A DNA stretch of 32,000 nucleotides, taken from the NCBI RefSeq assembly GCF_001457595.1, contig NZ_LN831039.1:3660001-3692000 (forward strand), read 5' to 3'. How positions within the stretch are numbered: the first letter of the stretch is position 1; each line of letters starts with the position of its first letter. The position numbers and the translations under genes were made by a program. This DNA is from Mycolicibacterium smegmatis (GTDB lineage Bacteria; Actinomycetota; Actinomycetes; Mycobacteriales; Mycobacteriaceae). The notes under the pieces are model-generated. The model had not been told where the DNA came from. It worked only from the letters and a program-made list of their open reading frames with translations, and did not search any database. This document shows positions 1 through 7,323 of the stretch, in pieces.

Positions 1-204
1 AGCGCCGACCTCTTACGCATGGTCCGGCAGTTGTGTCACCGCCACGACGTGGCCGGCGTCGACGTGGTCGAGGTCGCGCCCGCCTACGACCACGCCGAAC
101 TGACAGTGAACGCCGCGCACCGCGTGGTGTTCGAGGCGCTCGCGGGTATGGCGGCGCGCAGGCGTGACGCGGCACAGGCCCAGCCGGGGCCACCCGCGCG
201 ATAG
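1..204 (+). CDS. Agmatinase/arginase-family ureohydrolase, 3' end only (gene starts before window)
   Basis: Frame 1 is open from base 1 to TAG at 202-204. It encodes ...HDVAGVDVVEVAPAYDHAELTVNAAHRVVFEAL, the typical C-terminal ureohydrolase motif. Confidence 0.85.
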   Translation, partial: SADLLRMVRQLCHRHDVAGVDVVEVAPAYDHAELTVNAAHRVVFEALAGMAARRRDAAQAQPGPPAR

Positions 205-283
205 CGCCTGAAGCGTCGGCTGCATAGGTTTCCTCAGTTTGGGTATTCCCTAGCCCGATTCGTCACGGGCGAGGAGGCAGCCG

Positions 284-2158
284 ATGAGTTCAGGAGTGCA
301 GACGGGCACCATCACCACACAGGTGCCCAGTCGGTTGGATCGGTTGCCGTGGTCGCGGTTCCACTGGCGGGTGGTGCTCGGACTCGGCGGGGTGTGGATC
401 CTCGACGGCCTGGAAGTCACCATGGTCGGCAACGTCGCGTCCCGACTCACCGAGAGCGGCAGCGGGATCGAGCTCAGCGCGGGCCAGATCGGTATCGCCG
501 CAGCGGTCTACATCACCGGAGCATGTCTGGGCGCGTTGTTCTTCGGTCAGCTCACCGACCGGTTCGGCCGCAAGAAGCTTTTCCTCCTCACCCTCGCTGT
601 CTATCTCGTCGCCACGGTCGCAACGGCTTTCGCGTTCGCGCCGTGGTTCTTCTTCGTCTGCCGCTTCTTCACCGGAGCCGGCATAGGCGGCGAATAAGCC
701 GCGATCAACTCCGCGATCGACGAGCTCATCCCTGCGCGGGTGCGCGGACGTGTCGACCTCATCATCAACGGCTCCTACTGGCTGGGCGCCGCAGGCGGCG
801 CCCTGGGCGCACTGCTGCTGTTGAACACGGCGATCTTCCCGGCCGACATCGGGTGGCGCATCGCGTTCGGTATCGGCGCGGTCTTCGGCCTGGTGGTGCT
901 GGTGGTGCGACGCCACGTGCCGGAGAGCCCACGATGGTTGTTCATCCACGGCCAGGAAGACGAGGCCGAGCGCGTGGTCGGTGAGATCGAGCGTGAGGTG
1001 GAACGCAGCACCGGCAGGCCCCTCGACGAGCCCGAAGGATCGCTGACGGTGCGTCAGCGCAAGACGATCTCGTTCGTCGAGATCGCGAAGGTCGCGTTCA
1101 CCAAGTACCCGAAGCGGGCGGTGCTCGGGCTCGCCCTGTTCATCGGGCAGGCATTCATCTACAACGCGTTCACCTTCAACCTCGGAACGCTGTTGAGCGG
1201 TTTCTTCGACGTCGCCTCGGGTGCGGTGCCGATCTTCTACGCGGTGTGGGCGTTGAGCAACTTCGCCGGGCCGATCCTGCTCGGCCGGCTGTTCGACACC
1301 GTCGGCCGCAAACCGATGATCGCGCTGGCCTACCTCGGCTCGGCCGCGGTCGCGGTCATCCTGACGGTCCTGTTCGTCAACGAGATCGGCGGCGTGTGGC
1401 TGTTCATGCTGGTGCTCGGCGTGTGCTTCTTCCTGGCGTCGTCGGGCGCGAGCGCGGCGTATCTCACGGTCAGCGAGATCTTCCCCATGGAGACGCGTGC
1501 GCTGGCCATCGCGTTCTTCTACGCGATCGGCACGGCCGTCGGCGGCATCACCGGTCCCCTGCTGTTCGGCCAGCTCATCGAGTCCGGCGAGCGCGGACTG
1601 GTCGCGGTGTCGTTCCTGATCGGCGCCGCAGTGATGGCGGTCGGCGGTGTGGTCGAACTGATCCTCGGGGTCAAGGCCGAGGGCCAGAAGCTCGAGGACC
1701 TCGCGATGCCGCTCACCGCCGATGAGGGCGACGGGGAGTCGGGCGGAGATGCCGAGAACGCCGATGATCAGGCCGACGAGCGGGCGCGGGCGCGCAAGGA
1801 ACGCGAAGCCCGCATCGCCGCACGTGTCGAGCGTCAGAGGGCCGCGCAGAGTCGTGCCCGGCGGTACCGTCCCGGCCCGCCCCCGGGTTGGGAGGGCGCT
1901 TGGCGCGAGCCGCCGACGCCCGGTGTGCCGGAGTCCGCGCTGGACCACGAGATCGACGCGATCGCGCGGGCCGTCGCCGACAATGAGTCGATGACGGTTC
2001 GTGAACTGCACCGCGCGGTCGGCGCACAGTATTGGGGTCCGGGCGAGTTCCGCAAGGCGTTGCGGGAAGCCTTGGCGGAGAACTGGATCGCCCGGAAGGC
2101 GCGGGGGCGCGTCGGTCCCCCGAGCGGGATGGCCGAGCCCGGGACCCCGAATCGGTGA
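284..2158 (+). pseudogene. MFS metabolite:H+ symporter (sugar transporter-like family) interrupted by one in-frame TAA at 695-697, with a long cytoplasmic C-terminal extension
   Basis: ORFs 284..697 and 740..2158 share a frame. Reading through gives [37 protein letters not shown], where Tyr would be expected. RBS GAGGAGG precedes ATG 284. Confidence 0.85.
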
Positions 2159-2165
2159 CCGGTCG

Positions 2166-2405
2166 ATGACCCTGGCCTGCCGGGTGTTCGGACACGACCC
2201 CACGTTCCGCGTCGACGGCCGCACCATGCGGTGGGAGTGTGCGCGCTGCGGCGAGGCGCGCGGCGCCAAGGATTACGCCTCCGAGGCGGACGCACGTCGC
2301 TTCGCCACCGCGTTCAACAAGCGTGACACCGACGACATGGGCAAGCGCGCACCTCTGCTCGGCCTGTTGCCGCTGCGACTGTGGCGGATGCTGAAGCGGC
2401 GTTAG
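2166..2405 (+). CDS. Small conserved hypothetical protein (MTLACRVFGHDPTFRVDGRTMRWECARCGEARG...)
   Basis: ATG at 2166 in frame with ORF 2001..2405. Contains a CxxC (ECARC) pattern. The upstream part of the ORF overlaps the MFS tail and looks non-coding. Confidence 0.6.
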   Translation: MTLACRVFGHDPTFRVDGRTMRWECARCGEARGAKDYASEADARRFATAFNKRDTDDMGKRAPLLGLLPLRLWRMLKRR

Positions 2406-2417
2406 TCCGGGATCAGA

Positions 2418-3278
2418 TCAGGCCTTGACGAGGGTGAACTGGCAGACGTCGGTGTAGCCCTCGCGGAAGAGGTCCGCACAACCGGTGAGGTACTTCATGT
2501 ACCGCTCGTACATCTCTTCGGATTGCACCGCGATGGCCTCGTCCTTGCGGCCGCGCAGCGTCTCGGCCCAGATGTCGAGCGTCTTCGCGTAGTGGGGTCG
2601 CAGCGACTGCACGCGGTCGACCCGGAACCCCGCGCGCTGCGCGTGCTCGGAGACCTGCGCGACGTAGGGCAACTCCCCGCCCGGGAAGATCTCGTCCATG
2701 ATGAACTTGAAGAACCGCAGCTTGCGCATGGTCAGGGGAAGCCCGCGCTGCGACATCTCGTCGCCGCTGGGCTTGACGATGGTGTGCAGCAGCATCACGC
2801 CGTCGTCGGGCAGAGCGGTGTGGGCCATCCGGAAGAAGTCGTCGTAGCGGTCGGCACCGAAGTGTTCGAAGGCACCGATCGAGACGATCCGGTCCACGGG
2901 TTCGTCGAACTGCTCCCACCCCTGCAGCAGCACGCGGCGGGACCGCTCGGTGTCGGTCTCGGCGAACGACCGCTCGACGTGGGCCTGCTGGTTCTTGCTG
3001 AGTGTCAGCCCCACGACGTCGACGTCGTAGCGCGACAGTGCGCGCCGCAACGTCGCGCCCCATCCGCAGCCGATGTCGAGCAGTTTCATGCCGGGCTGCA
3101 GCCCGAGTTTGCCCAAGGACAGGTCGATCTTGGCGAGCTGGGCCTCTTCGAGGGTCATGTCGTCCCGCTCGAAGTAGGCACAGCTGTAGGTCTGTGTCGG
3201 GTCGAGGAACAGACGGAAGAACTCGTCCGACAGGTCGTAGTGGGACTGGACGTCCTCGAAGTGCGGTTGAAGTGCCAC
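2418..3278 (-). CDS. Cyclopropane-fatty-acyl-phospholipid synthase / mycolic acid methyltransferase family (CmaA/MmaA/UmaA-like)
   Basis: HFEDVQSHYDLSDEFFRLFLDPTQTYSCAYFERDDMTLEEAQLAK and LLDIGCGWG motifs. The track ORF extends to 3398, but the family-like N-terminus begins at GTG 3278 (VALQPHFEDVQ). Confidence 0.9.
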   Translation of the reverse strand: MALQPHFEDVQSHYDLSDEFFRLFLDPTQTYSCAYFERDDMTLEEAQLAKIDLSLGKLGLQPGMKLLDIGCGWGATLRRALSRYDVDVVGLTLSKNQQAHVERSFAETDTERSRRVLLQGWEQFDEPVDRIVSIGAFEHFGADRYDDFFRMAHTALPDDGVMLLHTIVKPSGDEMSQRGLPLTMRKLRFFKFIMDEIFPGGELPYVAQVSEHAQRAGFRVDRVQSLRPHYAKTLDIWAETLRGRKDEAIAVQSEEMYERYMKYLTGCADLFREGYTDVCQFTLVKA

Positions 3279-3478
3279 GTCTTCTCTGGTGTTTCTGGGC
3301 ACGAGCGCCTTTGGCTGGTCGAAGGTGATGTATGTGATGGCGTTCCCGAAAACGGGAACATTCCCCGTCGATCGCGCGATGACCGGACCATACCTCATGG
3401 ACCTGTGAACGTTGAATCCCCTGTCGGCCGGGAGGACAATCGACGGTGCCGACGCCGTTCGCGCAGAAAGGGACGATC

Positions 3479-3703
3479 ATGACGCAAGCCAGCGACCGCC
3501 CATTCGATGACTTCGCACCCGAGGCCGATGCCGTTGACCAGCTTCGATCGGTGCGGGTCGACGACGACGAGGCAAACCTCGACACTGCGCTCGCCGACGT
3601 GCAGCTTCGGGTGTCGGCCCAGCCCGACGCCAACGAGGCAGATCTTTTGGAGCAGGCGATCGTGGTGCCGGTCGACGACGACGATCTCGACTTCGAGCAG
3701 TGA
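3479..3703 (+). CDS. Small very acidic hypothetical protein (MTQASDRPFDDFAPEADAVDQLRSVRVDDDEANL...VPVDDDDLDFEQ)
   Basis: ATG 3479 preceded by AAAGGGACG. Strongly acidic composition. Same strand as, and just upstream of, the GerW-like ORF. Confidence 0.6.
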   Translation: MTQASDRPFDDFAPEADAVDQLRSVRVDDDEANLDTALADVQLRVSAQPDANEADLLEQAIVVPVDDDDLDFEQ

Positions 3704-3745
3704 TCCGCCCCGTACCTGAATCGATGCGAGGAATTCCCCACGACG

Positions 3746-4072
3746 ATGGAGACACGCGCAGTGCCGATACGTGATGCCCTCGACCGTCTGACCGACGACA
3801 CCGACGCCTCCAGGGTGTTCGGTGAGCCGTACGTGACCCCGGACGGGGCCACCGTGATCCCTGTCAGCACAGTGGGGCGTCACGGTGCGCGCCCGGCCGG
3901 GGTGTTCGTCGTCACGGACGGCAAGCCGGTGTGGGAGCCGGCGGTCGATTCGACGCGGATCGCGATGCTGGGCGAGCTGATCGGCCTCGTGGCGGCCACG
4001 CTCGCCACGGTCGCTATGGTGCGTCGTCCGCCATGGCCCGACGTGCGGGTGACCGTCTCGCGGAAATCCTGA
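3746..4072 (+). CDS. GerW/YtfJ-like (sporulation protein YtfJ family) small membrane-associated protein
   Basis: VFGEPYVTPDGATVIPVSTVGRHGARPAGVFVVTDGKPVWEPAVDSTRIAMLGELIGLVAATLATVAM resembles the GerW family core, followed by a hydrophobic segment. Confidence 0.65.
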   Translation: METRAVPIRDALDRLTDDTDASRVFGEPYVTPDGATVIPVSTVGRHGARPAGVFVVTDGKPVWEPAVDSTRIAMLGELIGLVAATLATVAMVRRPPWPDVRVTVSRKS

Positions 4073-4907
4073 CACGCCAGAGCAGGCCGAGACCGATCAG
4101 CACCAGCAGCCCGATCGCCCACGGCAGCGCACCGTGCTGGTGCACCCACCCGGCCAGGGTGCCCTGGATCTTGCCCGCTGCCGCGATCACCGGGTCGTAG
4201 GGATCGCCGCTGCCGCTGAACAATCGGACCTCGTAGAGCCCGTAGTAACCGACATACGCACCTACCAGGATCAGCAGTGCTCCGCTGATCCTGTTGGCGT
4301 ACGGCAGGATCCGGCGCATGCGGTCGATCACGACGGTGCGGGCCAGTGCGGTCGCCACCGCCAGCACTCCGACGACGAGCGTGAATCCCGCTGCGTAGGA
4401 GGCGAAAACCCCGACGCCGCGCAGCGGTGTGCCCGATCGCAGCCCCGCCCCGGTGACCGCCAGGAACGGTCCGATCGTGCACGACAACGACGCCAGCGCA
4501 TAGCCGACGCCGTACCCGAGCATCGAACCCATGCGCGCGGTCGGTGCCCAACGCGGGTTGTCCGCAAGCGAGTTCGGCATCAGCACACCGAGACGACGGC
4601 CCGCGAGCAACCAGATGCCGAGGCACACCAGGATCAGGCCGATGACCACCGTGACGTAAGGCAGATAGCGCTGCACGGTGCTCGCGGTGGCCACGGTCAG
4701 CGCGGTGAACGTGCCGAACACCGCGACGAACCCGGCGGCCATCGCGACTGTGGCCAGGGCCGCGCGGCCAAGGGCCCGCGCTCCTGTCGCGGCGTTCTCA
4801 CCACGCACCACGAGTGCGAGATATCCGGGCAGCAGCGCGAATCCGCAGGGATTCAGCGCGGCGACCAGACCTGCCCCGAAGGCCAGCCCCAGGAGGTCCT
4901 GTTCCAC
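4014..4907 (-). CDS. Cytochrome c biogenesis CcdA/DsbD-like transmembrane protein (Rv2877c-like)
   Basis: GLAFGAGLVAALNPCGFALLPGYLALVVRG; multiple TM helices; LSCTIGPFLAV. Adjacent to mpt53. Confidence 0.92.
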   Translation of the reverse strand: MEQDLLGLAFGAGLVAALNPCGFALLPGYLALVVRGENAATGARALGRAALATVAMAAGFVAVFGTFTALTVATASTVQRYLPYVTVVIGLILVCLGIWLLAGRRLGVLMPNSLADNPRWAPTARMGSMLGYGVGYALASLSCTIGPFLAVTGAGLRSGTPLRGVGVFASYAAGFTLVVGVLAVATALARTVVIDRMRRILPYANRISGALLILVGAYVGYYGLYEVRLFSGSGDPYDPVIAAAGKIQGTLAGWVHQHGALPWAIGLLVLIGLGLLWRVRISARRSPARRAMADDAP

Positions 4908-4911
4908 CCGA

Positions 4912-5442
4912 TCAGCTGTTCAGCGCCGCGACGCGGTCCGACAACTCCTGCTTCGACATGGCCGACGTGGGGTTGTTGACGAAGGTGGACGATCCGTCGG
5001 CGCGGTAGAACACGTAGGCCGGCTGCCACGGCACGTTGTAGCGCGCCCAGATGGAGCCGTCGGCGTCGTTGAGGTTGGTGAAGTTCAGGTTGTACTTGTC
5101 GACGAATCCCTGCATCGCCGCGACGTCCGAGCGGGCCGCCACACCGACGAACGTGACCTCCGGGTTGGCGGCGGCAACCTGACCGACCGAAGGCGCCTCG
5201 GCGTTGCAGAACGGGCACCACGGCGTCCAGAACCACAGCACGGCCGGTTTCCCGGCCAGGCTCGAACCGTCGAACGACGCACCGGAGAGCGTCGTACCCG
5301 TGAACTGCAGTCGGTCGTCGGCGACCGCCGACGGCGCCAACACCAGCGCGGTTGCCAGCACCACCGTGGCGACCACCGCCGACAACGTGCCGAGCACGCC
5401 CGGCCTGGCCGTTGCACCCGTCCGCAGGAACCCCATCTTCAT
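4912..5442 (-). CDS. mpt53: Secreted thioredoxin-fold disulfide oxidoreductase Mpt53/DsbE-like
   Basis: Signal peptide, then DRLQFTGTTLSGASFDGSSLAGKPAVLWFWTPWCPFCNAEAPSVGQVAAANP...NLNFTNLNDADGSIWARYNVPWQPAYVFYRADG. WCPFC active site. Confidence 0.95.
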   Translation of the reverse strand: MKMGFLRTGATARPGVLGTLSAVVATVVLATALVLAPSAVADDRLQFTGTTLSGASFDGSSLAGKPAVLWFWTPWCPFCNAEAPSVGQVAAANPEVTFVGVAARSDVAAMQGFVDKYNLNFTNLNDADGSIWARYNVPWQPAYVFYRADGSSTFVNNPTSAMSKQELSDRVAALNS

Positions 5443-5461
5443 GACACCATCTCCTTCGCTG

Positions 5462-5496
5462 CAGGGTCAGCGCGCACGCGGTGCGCGCACACCCTG
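5462..5496. repeat. Inverted repeat / hairpin CAGGGT-CA-GCGCGCAC-GCG-GTGCGCGC-AC-ACCCTG, just upstream of the mpt53 RBS
   Basis: 8-bp perfect arms (5470-5477/5481-5488) with a 3-nt loop, plus 6-bp outer arms (5462-5467/5491-5496). Confidence 0.8.
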
Positions 5497-5510
5497 TGGC
5501 ACGACGGTAG

Positions 5511-5524
5511 GAACCGTGCGGTTC
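5511..5524. promoter_or_regulatory. Palindromic candidate operator GAACCG-TG-CGGTTC
   Basis: Perfect 6-bp arms in the intergenic space upstream of mpt53. Confidence 0.4.
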
Positions 5525-5560
5525 AACCGGGCAGTTTGCCGATGTCCTCGGGTCGAGGGA

Positions 5561-6457
5561 TCAGTTCTGCCGAGGCAACAGTTCCCCGACGAAACGCTCC
5601 AGAAACGCCTCGCGGTCACCGGATCCCACCGGCCGCACGACGAATTTGGTGAGCCCCGCGTCGACGTAGGCGTCGATGCGGCGGTGCAGCGTGGGCCAGT
5701 CGGCCGCGATCAACTCGGCGGGGTCGACCTCGGGTCGGCGCCGGCGCGCCATGTCATAGACGTCGTCGGGGATGTCCCCGGCCGCCACCGCGAGACTGAT
5801 GCCGTAGTGGTCGGGTTCGATCTCGCGGCCCGCCGCTTGTGCCTCGCGCTCGATGGTGCGACGTGCCGCGCCCGCCTCGACAGGTGTGAGGAAGCTGCCC
5901 AGCCATCCGTCGGCCAGACGCCCGATCCGTGCCAGCGCGACGGGTCCTGACCCGCCCAGCCAGATGTCGACCGGCTTCGCGGGCACCGGTTGCACGTCGG
6001 CGGATCGCACTTTGAAGAACTCGCCGTCGAAGCTCACGTCACGCCCACGCAGGACCGCGTTGAGCAGTTCGAGGGATTCGTCGAACACCGCCCCGCGCCG
6101 CCCCCGCGGCACGGTGAACACGTCGCGCTCGGCGGTCAGGGCCGAGTGCAGGCCGAACGCCGGCAACACCCGCCTGGGCGCGAGGGCGGCCAGCGACGCC
6201 ACCTGCTTGGCCACGAGGACGGGGTGACGGCCCGGCAGGATCGCCACCGAGGTGCCTGCCTTGAGTCGCGTGGTGCGGGACAACGTGTACGCCATCCCGA
6301 TGAACGGGTCGACCGCCGGGCTGTAGACCAACTCGCTGAACCAGACGGAGTCGGCTCCGCTGCTCTCCAGGTAGTCGACGATGCCGGGCAGGTCCTCGGG
6401 CGTGGTGTCCGCTCCGAGGCCGACCCCGAAGCGCACCTTCCCCTCGATCGATGTCAT
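5561..6457 (-). CDS. LLM-class (luciferase-like, probably F420-dependent) oxidoreductase
   Basis: VRFGVGLGADTTPEDLPGIVDYLESSGADSVWFSE...AVLPGRHPVLVAKQVASL...DIWLGGSGPVALARIGRLADGWLGSF. Start ATG at 6457 is preferred over the longer ORF to 6571. Confidence 0.85.
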   Translation of the reverse strand: MTSIEGKVRFGVGLGADTTPEDLPGIVDYLESSGADSVWFSELVYSPAVDPFIGMAYTLSRTTRLKAGTSVAILPGRHPVLVAKQVASLAALAPRRVLPAFGLHSALTAERDVFTVPRGRRGAVFDESLELLNAVLRGRDVSFDGEFFKVRSADVQPVPAKPVDIWLGGSGPVALARIGRLADGWLGSFLTPVEAGAARRTIEREAQAAGREIEPDHYGISLAVAAGDIPDDVYDMARRRRPEVDPAELIAADWPTLHRRIDAYVDAGLTKFVVRPVGSGDREAFLERFVGELLPRQN

Positions 6458-6518
6458 GCCGGGCACAACGCGCGATCGCCGCGCGTTGTGCCCGGTCAGC
6501 CGGATCAGACCGGTGCGG

Positions 6519-7145
6519 TCAGTTGAACCCGACGCCGAAGATCGGGATCCAGATACCGAACAGCCACACACCCCACTGACGGAAACCGTCGTGCCACACG
6601 GGGTTCAGGTTGTATCCCCAGTAATTGATGGTGTGTGGCAGCGGTCCGCCGTTCCAGTGCACGGGCGGAGGTGGACCCCAGCCCCACGGTGGCGGTCCCT
6701 GGCGGTCGTCCCACCAGTCGTGGCGGTTGTTGGCCCACCATGGTCCCTTGTCCGGACCGTGGCCGGGATCGTGCCAACCGGGGCCTCCTGGCCCTCCGGG
6801 CCCGTCGTGCCTGCCGGGGCCGCCCGGCCCGCCGGGTCCCGGGCCGTCATGCCTACCGGGGCCACCGGGGCCCTCGTGCCCACCGGGGCCGCCCGGGCCA
6901 CCGTGCCCAGGACCACCCGGCCCACCCGGTCCACCGTGTCCTGGACCACCCGGCCCACCGGGTTTACCCGGCCCGCCGTCACAGAACGGGAAACACCCAC
7001 CGTCGCCGGGTTTCAGCGGGACCGGCGCCGCCGGACCTGCCGATGCGACGGGCGTACCGAACGCCGTGGCACCGAAGCCGAGCGCACCGACGGTCAGTGC
7101 CGCGGCCACGAACCTCGTCGTCGTCGTTTTCACAATCATCACCAA
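6519..7145 (-). CDS. Secreted Gly/Pro-rich (collagen-like GGP/GPG repeat) protein with Trp-rich C-terminus
   Basis: Sec-type signal peptide (VKTTTTRFVAAALTVGALGFGATAFGTPVASA), then GGPGGPGHGGPGGPGG... and WWANNRHDWWDDRQGPPPWGWGPPPPVHWN...INYWGYNLNPVWHDGFRQWGVWLFGIW. Confidence 0.8.
   Translation of the reverse strand: MVMIVKTTTTRFVAAALTVGALGFGATAFGTPVASAGPAAPVPLKPGDGGCFPFCDGGPGKPGGPGGPGHGGPGGPGGPGHGGPGGPGGHEGPGGPGRHDGPGPGGPGGPGRHDGPGGPGGPGWHDPGHGPDKGPWWANNRHDWWDDRQGPPPWGWGPPPPVHWNGGPLPHTINYWGYNLNPVWHDGFRQWGVWLFGIWIPIFGVGFN
6756..6977 (-). repeat. Degenerate tandem repeat encoding GGPGGPGHGG / PGRHDGPGG units
   Basis: Repeated cgggcc/accggg/gccacc units on the + strand, corresponding to roughly residues 57-130 of the secreted protein. 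Confidence 0.75.
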
Positions 7146-7323
7146 CTCTCCTGATGTTCAGGACCCGGGTGCCGGCGATCCCCCCATCTCCGGCACCGCA
7201 GCGTCTTCGGCATACCGGCCACGAACGGGACGCGGGTTTCCTGCATCAGACGTGCACCCCGGTTGGCTTATCGGACCGACTCGCGTCGACGTTACCGATC
7301 CGCGCCGGGATAACCTGGGCCGG

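Noticed and set aside
227-246. Possible SigF-type promoter (GGTTT ... GGGTAT) before the MFS gene
   Set aside because: GGGTAT is a good -10 but the GTTT-like -35 is only ~9 bp away instead of ~15-17, so it is not supportable as a SigF promoter.
290-2269. 659-aa minus-strand ORF opposite the MFS gene
   Set aside because: Antisense shadow ORF typical of high-GC genomes: low-complexity Arg/His/Asp composition, no domain-like motifs, and the opposite strand encodes a clear transporter.
6492-6513. CCGGTC...GACCGG inverted repeat downstream of the Gly/Pro-rich gene
   Set aside because: Short arms, 10-nt loop and no T-tract in a GC-rich background; too weak to call a terminator.
6625-7323. Upstream extension of the + ORF giving PPGPPGPSCLPGPPG collagen-like residues fused to the glycosyltransferase
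   Set aside because: It is the antisense of the secreted Gly/Pro repeat plus an intergenic region. The transferase has a natural ATG at 7324; the GC-rich repeat simply stays open on both strands.
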